Positions 30,025-41,519 of a DNA stretch of 64,000 nt are shown here, piece after piece. Location: the NCBI GenBank assembly GCA_963741925.1, contig CAVUJU010000005.1:2625447-2689446 (forward strand), read 5' to 3'. The stretch comes from an uncultured Acidobacteriota bacterium (GTDB lineage Bacteria; Acidobacteriota; Thermoanaerobaculia; Multivoradales; DATKCC01). Every line of letters begins with the position of its first letter. Position 1 is the first letter of the stretch. Made by a program: the position numbers and the translations under genes. The notes beneath the pieces were generated by a model. The model was not told the origin of the DNA and searched no databases. It was given only the letters and a program-made list of their open reading frames with translations.

Positions 30025-30558
30025 TCACCGGCCGTCGTGCCCGAGCTCACGCCCCAGGGCCGCCAGGCAGCGGCCGAGGATCTTGCGGATGCTCGCGGGC
30101 TGGTAGGCCGTCCGCGAGGCGATCTCCGCCGGCTTCATCCCGAGCCCGAAGCGCAGCCGCAGCACCGCGCGGTGCCGCTCCGGGAGACGGGCGAGCGCCG
30201 CGGCGAGGTCGCGCCGGAGGTCCCCCAGCTCCTGGCCCGGGGGGACCGGCTCGGCGAGGCGATCGAGGAGGTCGTCGTCGATCGAGTCCCACGGTCGGCT
30301 ACGCCGCCGCCGCCAGTAGCGCAGGCTCTGGTTGCGCAGGGTCCCCAGGATCCAGGCCTCGGGGTGCCGGACCTCCCGGTACTTCGTGAAGAGCACGAGC
30401 AGGGCCTGCTGCAGGAGGTCGTCGCCGTCCTGCGGCGGAATCCGGTACCTGTGGAGGAGGGCGACGGCTCGGGGCCGGATGCGCTCCACGACGCCCTGGA
30501 AGCACACCTCGAGCTCCCTGCGATCGTCATCTTCCGCGAGGACTCGGGCCGCACTCAC
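30025..30558 (-). CDS. ECF-type RNA polymerase sigma factor (paralogue 1 of 3)
   Basis: 177 aa. Sigma-70 region 2 (IPPQDGDDLLQQALLVLFTKY...DPEAWILGTLRNQ) and region 4 (ERHRAVLRLRFGLGMKPAEIA). Confidence 0.8.
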   Translation of the reverse strand: MSAARVLAEDDDRRELEVCFQGVVERIRPRAVALLHRYRIPPQDGDDLLQQALLVLFTKYREVRHPEAWILGTLRNQSLRYWRRRRSRPWDSIDDDLLDRLAEPVPPGQELGDLRRDLAAALARLPERHRAVLRLRFGLGMKPAEIASRTAYQPASIRKILGRCLAALGRELGHDGR

Positions 30559-30597
30559 GCAATCACGATAGCAGCCGGTGCTCCGGCGTGTCTACTG

Positions 30598-30751
30598 ACC
30601 AGTCAACCGTCAAGTGACAGGGTATCTGGCGAGGATTTCTCGTCGCTGGCCAGGCGCTCCGACGCAGGCGTAGCGGTGCCTACGTCGAGGAGGAGCAACG
30701 CCGCAAGCGGCGAGAGGGACCGCCAGGGCACGTCACTTGACGGTTGACGGG
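30598..30751. repeat. Second copy of the 20-bp-arm inverted repeat element, carrying a nested ~90-bp insertion of repeat family B; lies upstream of ECF sigma paralogue 1
   Basis: Arms gaccagtcaaccgtcaagtgac / gtcacttgacggttgacggg. The inner segment gcgctccgacgcaggcgtagcggtgcctacgtcgaggaggagcaacgcc matches the copies at 15541-15605 and 42590-42665. Confidence 0.7.
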
Positions 30752-30801
30752 TCACTACTCTGATGACGTAATTTATTCTCTGAATCGGGAGAAAGGTCGC
30801 C

Positions 30802-31341
30802 CTACAGCTCGGCGAGAAAGTCCTCTCGCCGGAGCCCCGCCGCCTTGAGCTCGCGCCCGAGGAGCACCAGGCTTTGCGTCGTCAGCTTGCGCATGCCCGT
30901 CGACTCGTAGCCGAGCTCCTCCGCGATCTCCGAGCTCTTGTGGCCGAGGCCGTAGCGCAGGCGCAGCAGGTCCTGGCACCGGCGGGGCAGCCTCGAGATG
31001 GCGGCGTTCAGGTCGTGACGCAGGTCGGCCTGCTCCTGGGGAGGCGACTGCGGCCCGGCGAGCACGTCGAGGATGGCGTCGTCGACCGCCTCGTAGATCG
31101 CCTCGTCCTGCTGGCGCCAGTAGAGCTTGCACCGGTTGCGCAGGGTCGAGAACAACCAGGCCTCCGGGTCGCGCACGCTCTCCCACTTGAAGACCAGCGC
31201 CACCAGAGTCTCCTGGAGGAGGTCCTCGGCATCCTCGCGCGGGATCTGGAAGCGCGCGAGCTCGCGCAGCAGGCGTGGATGTTGCTGGAGGAGGAAGGCG
31301 TCGGCCGGCCGCTCGGCCGCTTTCGGATGGAGGCGGTTCAT
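30802..31341 (-). CDS. ECF-type RNA polymerase sigma factor (paralogue 2 of 3)
   Basis: Start chosen at MNRLHP (AAGG RBS 6 nt upstream). Carries IPREDAEDLLQETLVALVFKW...DPEAWLFSTLRNRC...CQDLLRLRYGLGHKSSEIA. Confidence 0.75.
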   Translation of the reverse strand: MNRLHPKAAERPADAFLLQQHPRLLRELARFQIPREDAEDLLQETLVALVFKWESVRDPEAWLFSTLRNRCKLYWRQQDEAIYEAVDDAILDVLAGPQSPPQEQADLRHDLNAAISRLPRRCQDLLRLRYGLGHKSSEIAEELGYESTGMRKLTTQSLVLLGRELKAAGLRREDFLAEL

Positions 31342-31527
31342 CCTTTCGCCCCGCTGGAGAGCAAGCTCCATCCTACCACCTCGAGCGCGTCCGGGTGTCT
31401 CGAACCCGGGGTCGGGGGTCGGTCCGGGCGGCATCTCGCCGCTCGGCGCATCAGCGCCGGCGCCCAGGGGCCGTACGACCTCCGCCTCGATGGAACCGCG
31501 GAGTCGCACAGGATCGCCGCTTCCGCC

Positions 31528-32070
31528 TCAGGTCTCCTCCGGCTCCTTGAAGAAGCCGGAGGCGGTGAGCTGCCGCGTCAAGGCGGCGAGACACCGACTG
31601 GTGATCTTGCGGATGCTCGACGCCTGGTAGCCCATCCGCTCGGCGACCTCGGCAGGCTTGTAGCCGAGGCCGTAGCGCAAGCGCAGGAGAGAGCGGCAAC
31701 GCTCCGGGAGCTCGGCGATCGCCCGCTCCAGGTCGGCCTGGACATCCTGCTGCACCTGGGGCGTGCCACCCGGCTTGGCGACGAGCTCCAGGATGGTGGT
31801 GTCGACCGAGTCGTAGAGGCGCGAGCGCTTGCTGCGCCAGTACATGAGACACCGGTTGCGCAGGGTGGCCACCAGCCAGGCCTCGGGATCCCGGATCTTC
31901 TTGCGCTTGTAGATCAGGGTGAGGACCGCCTCCTGGAGGACGTCCTCCGAGTCTTCCGGCGGGATTTGGTAGCGGTAGAGAATCCGCTCCAACCGACGCT
32001 GGAGGGTGCCGAGCAGCTCTTCGAGCGACCAGTCGCTCTGTGTGTCGAGGTTCTGCTGCGTTGGATTCAT
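31528..32070 (-). CDS. ECF-type RNA polymerase sigma factor (paralogue 3 of 3)
   Basis: 180 aa. IPPEDSEDVLQEAVLTLIYKR...DPEAWLVATLRNRC...CRSLLRLRYGLGYKPAEVA. Confidence 0.8.
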   Translation of the reverse strand: MNPTQQNLDTQSDWSLEELLGTLQRRLERILYRYQIPPEDSEDVLQEAVLTLIYKRKKIRDPEAWLVATLRNRCLMYWRSKRSRLYDSVDTTILELVAKPGGTPQVQQDVQADLERAIAELPERCRSLLRLRYGLGYKPAEVAERMGYQASSIRKITSRCLAALTRQLTASGFFKEPEET

Positions 32071-32111
32071 CGTGCGTCTCGATTCACCATAGCACTGCGT
32101 GTTGTCCGTGT

Positions 32112-33677
32112 CTACTCATTCCCGGTCATTCCCGGCGGCTCCGGAAGCAGCGGCTGCCCCGCCGAATGCCGACACGGGGCCGCCGACCCGGTCCAACTCG
32201 AGCTCGCGTCCGTCGGGGAGGTAGAAGGTGCCCGAGAGATAGACCGCGGGGCTCTCGCTCTGCGGCCTGAGCTCCACCTCCCCACCGCCGATGAGCTCTC
32301 CGCCTTCGACCATCGGCGTGTAGAGCCGGACCTCGTCCGGCTGGCGCCAACCCAGGCCCGCCCGAACCTCCTGACCGTCGCGCCACAGAGAGTAGCGGGA
32401 GAACCCGCCCGGCTCGACACGGTCGAAGTACCCGCCCTTCGCGCGCAGCCGCAGGAAGTTCCCGTCGGTCCCCGCGATGTCGGTACTCTGTTGGTTCGAG
32501 GCCTCAGCTCGAAGCCCAGGATGACCCGGTCGCTCTGCCGGGACTTTACCACGAGGCGGCCGGCGAGCGCGGGCGACGGCGGCGAGTCGCCCAGGACTGC
32601 GGCCAGCTCGCCGGCCGCGAGCGACAGCGCCTCCTCGGGCGCCGCCAGGCGGTAGAACAGGAGGCCGAGGTAGTGGCTCGCGGCCGCGTCCCGGATCCGC
32701 TCGACGATCTGGTGGACCACGCCCGGGGCGGTCTGCACCACCCGGACCGCCTCGCCGGGGGCGAGCCGCCAGCCGCCCGCCCGGGAGGCCCTCTGCGCCT
32801 GGAAGGTGTGGACCACCCGGCCGACGCCGGCGAACGGGTCGCCGATGGCGAGCCGCAGGCCGGGGTCGGTGACCAGCGGCTTGAGCCGCGCCCGCGTGGT
32901 CGTCTCCCGTGGCTCGGCGGCGGCGGACAGGTGGGTGGCCGAGCCCAGCACCACCGCCTCCACGAGGAAGTCCCGGCCCAAGGCCTCGAGGCGGTGGACG
33001 TCGGAGACCACCGTCTCCGGGTCCCAGGCCTCCGGAAGGTCGGCGGCTCCCGGCTCCTGGCCGTAGATCTCGGCCGCCAGGAAGTCGACCGCGCGGGCGA
33101 GGTCCGGGGCCTCCGGCGCGCGGAGCCACTGGCGGTGCAGCGTCGCCGAGACCCGGCTCTCGCGGCCGACCGCCGGGCGCAGGGCGGCGAGCAGGCGGGC
33201 GTAGGCCGCGAGGCCGCCGCCGGGCGGCGGCTCGAGGTCGAGGTGGACGCCGAGGGGCAGCAGGCGAGCGGCCTCGGCCGCGGCGAAGAGCCGCCGGAGA
33301 TCCGCCGCCAGGGCCGCGGAGGCGGCCCCCGGGTCGACGCCCTTGGCCGCCGGGCCCGGGCCGCGCAGGACCAGGGTGACCGGGCTGCCCGGAGGAACGG
33401 CGCGGAAGACGTCGGACGCCGCCTCGATCCGCGGGGTGCCTCCCGCCCAGCTCACCCGACCCGTCTCGAGGAAGATCTCCTCCACTCCGGCGGCGGCCAG
33501 GGTGCGAGCGTCCGCGGGCTCGAGGCGCGCCGCCTCCGGCGCCACCCAGACCGCCGAGCCGGCGGGCCGGCTCGGCCGCCCCCGTCCGGGTCCGCCGCAG
33601 GCCGCGGCGAGCCCCGCCGCCAGGAGCAGAAGCGCCAGGGCGGAGCGGGCGGGCGGGGACCTCCGGAAGCCGCTCAC
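32112..33677 (-). CDS. Lipoprotein of unknown function, apparent frameshift near 32478-32486
   Basis: Lipobox LLAAGLAAAC. The body reads cleanly in one frame to ...RVILGFELR. The C-terminus (...ASNQQSTDIAGTDGNFLRLRAKGGYFDRVEPGG...SGAAGNDRE) is in the frame of ORF 32116..33129. The junction is in an agg/cc run. Confidence 0.55.
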   Translation of the reverse strand: MSGFRRSPPARSALALLLLAAGLAAACGGPGRGRPSRPAGSAVWVAPEAARLEPADARTLAAAGVEEIFLETGRVSWAGGTPRIEAASDVFRAVPPGSPVTLVLRGPGPAAKGVDPGAASAALAADLRRLFAAAEAARLLPLGVHLDLEPPPGGGLAAYARLLAALRPAVGRESRVSATLHRQWLRAPEAPDLARAVDFLAAEIYGQEPGAADLPEAWDPETVVSDVHRLEALGRDFLVEAVVLGSATHLSAAAEPRETTTRARLKPLVTDPGLRLAIGDPFAGVGRVVHTFQAQRASRAGGWRLAPGEAVRVVQTAPGVVHQIVERIRDAAASHYLGLLFYRLAAPEEALSLAAGELAAVLGDSPPSPALAGRLVVKSRQSDRVILGFELRPRTNRVPTSRGPTGTSCGCARRAGTSTVSSRAGSPATLCGATVRRFGRAWVGASRTRSGSTRRWSKAESSSAVGRWSSGRRARAPRSISRAPSTSPTDASSSWTGSAAPCRHSAGQPLLPEPPGMTGNE

Positions 33678-36600
33678 ACCGGGATTCTAATGGTCACCGC
33701 GAGGCCGCCGCCAGGACGGTTGCGGGCGGCGATGGTCCCGCCGTGCTCCTCGGCGATGCGCCGGGCGATGGGCAGGCCGAGCCCGGTCCCGGTGTCGTAG
33801 GTCGAGAAGTAGGGGTCGAAGATCCTGCCCAGGAGGTCGGGCTCGACCCCCGGGCCCGCGTCGAGCACCGCCACGCTCGCCGTGCCGTCGGCGCTCGCCA
33901 CCCGCACGGCGACCCGCCCCTTGCCGGCGTTGGCCCGGACCGCGTTCTCCACCAGGTTGCGCACCGCGCGGCCGAGAAGCCGGGCGTCGAAGCGGGCGGG
34001 AACCTCCGGCTCGGCCGCCTCCAGGCTCACCTCGGCCCCCACCGCGCCCGAGCTGCGGTACGCCTCCACCAGGTGCTCCATCGCCGCCACCAGGTCCCCG
34101 GGCTGGAGGTCGATCTTGGGGATCGAGCTGAAGGTCGAGAACTCCGAGGCGATCTGGCGCAGCTCCTCGACCTGGCGCAGGATGTTCGTGGTGCAACGCT
34201 CGAAGACCTCGTCGAAGCCCTCGCCGTGGTTGCGATGGACCTCGCGCATGTGCTCGGTCGACAGGCGCAGAGGGGTGAGCGGGTTCTTGATCTCGTGGGC
34301 GATGATCCGCGCCATCTCGGCCCAGGCCTGCAGCCGCTGGCCGCGCAGGACCTCCGTGGCGTCCTCTACCACCAGCAGGGCCGTCGGCTCGCCCTCGCCG
34401 GGGACCGGCACCCAGACCAGGCTCCACTCCCGCTCCTCGCCGCCGTCCTGCGGCGCCAAGCGCACCGTGGTCCGGCGGATCCGGTGGCCGGCCTCGGCCA
34501 GGAAGCCGGCGACCGGCGCCAGGCGCTCGGAGCCCGCGAGCGCGTCGTCGACCCGCTCCCCCACCCCGACCCCGAGGAGCTCGCGGGCCACCCGGTTGTG
34601 CATCAGGACGCGCCGTTGCCGGTCGAGGGAGATCACCCCGGAGGTGATGTTTTCGACCATCCGCTCGACCACCTGCTTCTCGCGCACCAGGCGTGAGCGG
34701 CTCTCGGCGATCCGCCCGGCCATCTCGTCCACCGCCTCGACCAGGGCCGCGAGCTCGAGCTCGGACGGGGCGAGCTCGAGGGAGGTGGCGCCCGAGGCGA
34801 TCCGCCGGGTCCCCTCCACCAGCTCCTCGATCGGCCGGCTGAAGCGGCGGGCGAGGACCACGCCGACCGCGATCAGCAGCCCGAAGAGGGCCGCCGAGGC
34901 CAGGATCACGCGCCGCCTCAGGGAGGCGAGCTCGTGGGCCACCTCCTCCTGCTGGGCGAGGAGCGGCATCGAGAGGAAGAGCCGCTCGGTGTCGGCCGGC
35001 GCCCCGGGGATGCGCAGCGGCGCGTAGAGCTCCAGGTAGTCCACGTCGCGCGCCACGTTGGTTCGCGAGCCGCCGCCGTAGCCGAGCAGCGTGAGGCGGG
35101 AGTAGATCTCCCCCGGGATGCGCTCGGGCAGGAGCCCGGCGGCGAAGAGCTCGGGCTTGCTCGAGGCCCAGATCGAGCTCCCCCAGTAGAGGTTCACCTC
35201 GTGGTGGACCACCCGGGAGACCCACATCAGGAGCTGGTCGTCGACCAGGGTGGTGAAGTCGAACCCCGGCTCGAGGGTCGCCACGTAGTCCCCGATCACC
35301 CGCTGGGTCGAGGCGAGCGCCGCCTCGCCCGCCGAGCGCTGCTCCCGGTTCAGCCGCTCCTCGGCGTCGGACAGGATCACCAGGTTGAGGAGCAGGAGGG
35401 GAACGAGGAGGAGCCCGGTGACGACGATGACCAGCCGCTTCGAGTACGAGCGCAACGTGCGCCGGGCGGCGTCCCGGAACGCCGGCCGGGGCAGGGCGAA
35501 GAGCAGGAGCAGCCCGGCCGCCGCCAGCAGCGCCGCGAGGTTGCCCACGGCGTGGCTGCCCACCCGTTCCAGGGCCTGAACCGGCAGCAGGAGCGGCAGG
35601 TAGACGACCTCGATGCCGTCGGGTCCGTGGTGGGCCCAGGCCCACGCCGAGCCGACCGGCGTCTCGACCCGGGCGCGGCCACCGTGGCCGGCGGCGAGGC
35701 CGGCGAGCCCGGTGGGAAGGGGCGGCCCTTCCGGCCATGGCGAGACGAGCGCCCTCCCCTGCTCCGTGTAGAGGCCGTACGCCGCCACCTCCGGTAGCCC
35801 CTGGATCCGGCGGTCCGCCACCGAGCGCCCGCGCAGCAGCCCGAGCTCGATGGCGTCGAACGAGGCCCGGCGCCCCAGATCGAACCCCGGACGCGGCAGG
35901 AGCCAGTAGCGCGCGACCGCCCACGGCCGGCCGGCGTAGGAGAGCACCGCGTGGCCCGAGATCAGGGTGTCCTCCCAGACCGGCAGACGGAGGTCTTCCC
36001 AGCGGCCGAGGGCTGGCGGCGAGGACTCGGAGCCGGTCACCAGGGGGCCGAACGAGAAGGTCGACGAGCTTCCCGGAGAAGGGCTCCACCACCAGGGCGG
36101 AGAGGGTGTTGGGCTGGGCCAGGGGCGAGCGCCGCCAGAGGGCGAACGCCAGGTCCTCCCGTCCGAGCCCGTTCGGATTCCGGGGTACCAGGGTCGCGAG
36201 ATCGAGGTCCTGGAAGTGCGCCTCCAGCTCGCTCCCGACCCGCGCGCGCGCGGCCGGCGGCGGAGGCGCCAGCTCGCTCTGGCAGGTCGCGCCGAGCTCC
36301 TGCTTGAGCTCGGCGCGGTACGCCGTCTCCCAGGCCCCCGCTGCGAGGAGCGCGGCGAGCAGGAGGGCGACCGCGCCCGGCAACGGGTGGCGCAGGCGCC
36401 GGTCGCTCACCCAGCGCGCCGCCGCCGCGCCGCCCACCGCCAGGAGCCCGAGGCCGGCCGGGACCAGGTCGTGGACGGCGCCCGCCGCCACCAGGCACCC
36501 GACGGCAGCCCACGCCCACGCGTCGGTCGCCGGCCGGCGGGGCGCGCCCGCCTCGCGCAGGCGGCGGCCGGCGGTCCGCCCGGCGAGGAGCAGCAAGGCC

Positions 36601-37877
36601 AGGGCGAGGGCCGCGAAGGCGGCCCGCAGGGTCATCGCTCCCGGGCCCAGCCACAGCGAGGCCGCGAGGTCGAGGCTCGGAGTGGAGGCTCCCGCCTCAC
36701 CCGGCACCGGCAGGCCGAGACCGAAGCCGTGGATGGTGAGCCAGGCGGCCGCCGCCACCAGCAGGGCCGCCGGAGCTCCCAGCGCCGCCGCGATCCAGCC
36801 CCGGCGGCCGGCGGGCTCCAGGGCCGCCGCCGCCGCGGCCAGGACGATCCCCGCCGCCAGGGCTCCGGCGGCAAACGGAGTCGCCCCGCTCGCGAGGGCC
36901 GCCGCCCCCGCCGCCGCCGCGCCCAGCAGGCCGATCGCCGCCCCGGCCTGCCGGCCCGCCAGCTCCGCCGGACGAGTGCCGGGCAGGGCCAGGCGCAGCC
37001 CCCGGATCACGGTCACGGCCACGAGCAGCAGCGCGAGGCAGCCCCACGCGACCCGGCGCGGCCACCGGCGGACCGGGCCCGGCACCCCGGGCGGATCGGC
37101 GCTCGGCCGGAGCACCACCAGCGACGGCAGCCCCGGAACCTCGACGGCGACCGCCCCGGGGGCGCTGGCCACGCCGGCCGGTGCCAGCGACCATCGGACG
37201 CCGTAGCGCCCCGGCGCCAGGGCCAGGCCGGCCGGCGCCTCGAACGGCCAGCGATCGGTGGCGTAGCTGCGGCCCGCGACCAGCCGCCAGGGACGGCGGG
37301 CGTCGTCGAGCGGCTGGATCGCCACCAGGGTCACCGCCCCGAAGCTGGCGTAGAAGTCCCGGCCGGAGCGGGCGAGCTCCGAGGGCTCGGGCTCGTTGAG
37401 CAGGCCCTCGCCGGCCCAGGCGACGGCCTCGCCGTCGGGGTCGACCAGCAGCAGCGTGGGCCGGGACGAGGCCCCCTCGCGCGCCTGTCCCACGATCTCG
37501 GCGAGGCGCCGGAAGGCTTCGAGGCGGTAGGCGTCGTCGTTCGAGGGCGCCGGAAGAGCCGCCGCCGCCTGCTTCGCCTCGGCCGTCAGGCCCTGCCAGA
37601 GGGCGGCGTAGCGGGTGGCCACCTCCGGCGGCAGGTCGGTGGCCGCCGGCAGGACGTCCAGGCGGTCGGCGGCCCAGGGCAGGACGAGGGCGCCGGCGGC
37701 GAGGACGAGCAGGGCGGTGGCGAGCCAGCGCCCCCGGCGCACCGCGGAGAGCGCCAGCCAGCCCGCCCCGAGGACGGCGACGGCGAGGGCGGACCAGGGG
37801 GCCGGCAGCAGCGGCGCAGCGGGAGAGGCCGCCAGGAGGACCGTCCCGATCCAGAGCCGCTGGTCAGTCCAGCGCAT
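33674..37877 (-). CDS. NtrY-like sensor histidine kinase with ~600-aa N-terminal multi-TM/sensor extension (single gene split by a homopolymer frameshift at ~36043)
   Basis: N-terminal part 37877-36045 (MRWTDQRLWIG...) has many Ala/Leu-rich TM segments. The C-terminal part (ORF 33674..36040) has TM, HAMP, PAS-like, HisKA (IAHEIKNPLTPLRLSTEHM) and HATPase_c (GTGLGLPIARRIAEEHGG) domains. The frames differ by one base in a cggCCCCCtgg run. Confidence 0.7.
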
Positions 37878-37889
37878 GGCCTTCGCGCC

Positions 37890-39557
<1,668 letters not shown>

Positions 39558-39612
39558 GGCTCGATGATACAGCTCGCCGCAGCACGAGCGAATCCACGGC
39601 TCGGCCCGGGGC

Positions 39613-41439
39613 CTACCCGGTGAGCGCGTGCTTCTCCATCTTGGCGGCCAGGGTGTTGCGGGAAATCCCCAGCAGGCGCGCCGCCCGCGACTTGTTGCCG
39701 CCGGTCCGGCGCAGCGCCTCGAGGATCGCCGACTGCTCCGCCCCCGCCACCAGCCGGTCGAGCTCCAGGTCCGATCCCGGCTCGACCCGGGAGGCGGCGT
39801 GGAGCGGGCTCGCCTTGACCGCCTCGGGCAGGAGGTTCAAGTCCACCGGCCGGCCGTGCGGGCAGAGATAGACCATCTGGCGCGCGATGTTCTCCAGCTC
39901 GGCCATGTTGCCGGGGTAGTCGTAGGCGAGCAGCGCGGTCATCGCCTTGGTGGTGATGCCCGCCACCCGCTTGCCGGTCTCGTGGCAGAACCGGTTGATG
40001 TACGACTGGACGAGCAGCGGCAGGTCCGCCTTCCTCTGGCGCAGGGGCGGCACGTCGATGACGAAGCGCGAGAGGCGGTAGGCCAGATCGACCCGGAACT
40101 CGTCCCGGGCGACCGCCGGCTCGAGCGGCCGGTGAGAGGCGGCGACCAGGCGCACGTCGACCCGCGTCACCTCGCGGCTGCCCGCCGGCTCGACCTCGCC
40201 GGAGCGCAGGAAGCGGACGAGGCGCGCCTGGAGCTCCAGGGGCAGCCGGTCGACCTCGTCGAGGAACAGGGTGCCGCCGCCGGCGAGGAGGAGCTTGCCC
40301 TCGCGCTTGACCGGCCCGCCCTTGGTCGCGACCTCCGAGCCGAACAGGTCGGCCTCGACCTGGGTCGCGTTCGCTCCCGAGCCGAGGGCGGTGATGAACG
40401 GGCCGTTGCGCCCCGGGCTCGAGAGGTGGATCGAGCGGGCGAGGAGCTCGCGCCCGACGCCCGGTTCGCCGCGCAGCAAGACGTGGACCCCCGTGTCCAC
40501 CGCCACCCGCAGCCGCGCGAGGACCTCCTTCATCGCCTCCGACTCCCCCACCACCAGCCGCGGGTCGAGGGTGAGGTCCTGGACCCCGCGGTTGCCCGGC
40601 AGGATCGGCTCGTACCGGCCCACGTGGTGGACCAGCCCGAGCGACAGGAGGTCGCCCAGGGCGAAGAGCGCCCCCTCCGGCGACCACGCCGCGGGATCGA
40701 AGCGGCGCAGGACGACGATCATGAAGTACGGGCGGTCGAGAGCGCTGAACACCCGGTAGAAGGTCCAGGCGGGCTCGCCCGCGAGGCGGCCCGCGAAGAA
40801 CAGGCTCCGGGCCTCCCCGTCCCCGGCCTCGTGGCGGCGCTCCTTGATCGCTTCGAGCAGGGCGTCGCCGCTCGCCAGCCAGTCCGGGTCGGTGGCGCTC
40901 GCGAACTTGATCCCGGCGCTTTCGAGGTCGCCGAGGAAGAGGAAGAGCGCCCCGCCGCCGAAATCGGCGAGCACGCGCTCCATCAGGGACTCGAGGGTGG
41001 TCCGGCTCTCCGCGTCGGCGAGGACCCAGTTGCTGATCCGGGCCAGGTGTTCGAGCATCAGCGCCGCCGTCATCACCGGCGGGCCGGCCTCCGAAGCCGC
41101 TGGCTCGGGCTCCTCCGGCGCCGGCCCGGCCTCGGCCTCGGGCGCCATGTCCTCGACCAGCAGGGTGACGCCGCCCATGCGCACCTCGTCCAGGAGCTCG
41201 AGGTCGGCCTCCTTGACCCGCCGTCCGTCCACCAGGAGGCCCCGGCGGCTCCCCAGGTCTTCGACGCGGAGCACCCGGCCGTCGTAGGTCAGGCGGGCGT
41301 GGCGCTGGGCGACGCCGGTGTACGGCAGCACGATGTCGCACTCGGCCTGGCTGCCGATCACCAGCTCGCGCCGGTGGATCGGGAAACGGCGGACCCCGTC
41401 CGGGGCGTAGGCGACGAGGCGGAGCACGGCCGCTAGCAA
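39613..41439 (-). CDS. FHA-domain transcriptional regulator of the sigma-54 activator (bEBP) family with degenerate ATPase motifs
   Basis: N-terminal FHA ([27 protein letters not shown]), central AAA+ sigma-54-interaction-like domain and a C-terminal Fis-type HTH ([18 protein letters not shown]). Walker A is GEPGVGRE (Lys to Arg). The GAFTGA loop is replaced by VATKGG. Confidence 0.8.
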   Translation of the reverse strand: MLAAVLRLVAYAPDGVRRFPIHRRELVIGSQAECDIVLPYTGVAQRHARLTYDGRVLRVEDLGSRRGLLVDGRRVKEADLELLDEVRMGGVTLLVEDMAPEAEAGPAPEEPEPAASEAGPPVMTAALMLEHLARISNWVLADAESRTTLESLMERVLADFGGGALFLFLGDLESAGIKFASATDPDWLASGDALLEAIKERRHEAGDGEARSLFFAGRLAGEPAWTFYRVFSALDRPYFMIVVLRRFDPAAWSPEGALFALGDLLSLGLVHHVGRYEPILPGNRGVQDLTLDPRLVVGESEAMKEVLARLRVAVDTGVHVLLRGEPGVGRELLARSIHLSSPGRNGPFITALGSGANATQVEADLFGSEVATKGGPVKREGKLLLAGGGTLFLDEVDRLPLELQARLVRFLRSGEVEPAGSREVTRVDVRLVAASHRPLEPAVARDEFRVDLAYRLSRFVIDVPPLRQRKADLPLLVQSYINRFCHETGKRVAGITTKAMTALLAYDYPGNMAELENIARQMVYLCPHGRPVDLNLLPEAVKASPLHAASRVEPGSDLELDRLVAGAEQSAILEALRRTGGNKSRAARLLGISRNTLAAKMEKHALTG

Positions 41440-41519
41440 CCCTCCGGACAGGTGTAGAGCTCGCTCGTCTCCGCCTTCATGAGGTGGGCAGTATAGTTTG
41501 CTATTCTCCCGCCGCCATG

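Noticed and set aside
39628-41436. 602-aa plus-strand ORF antisense to the FHA regulator
   Set aside because: The opposite strand encodes a full-length FHA-AAA+-HTH protein. This frame has no motifs.
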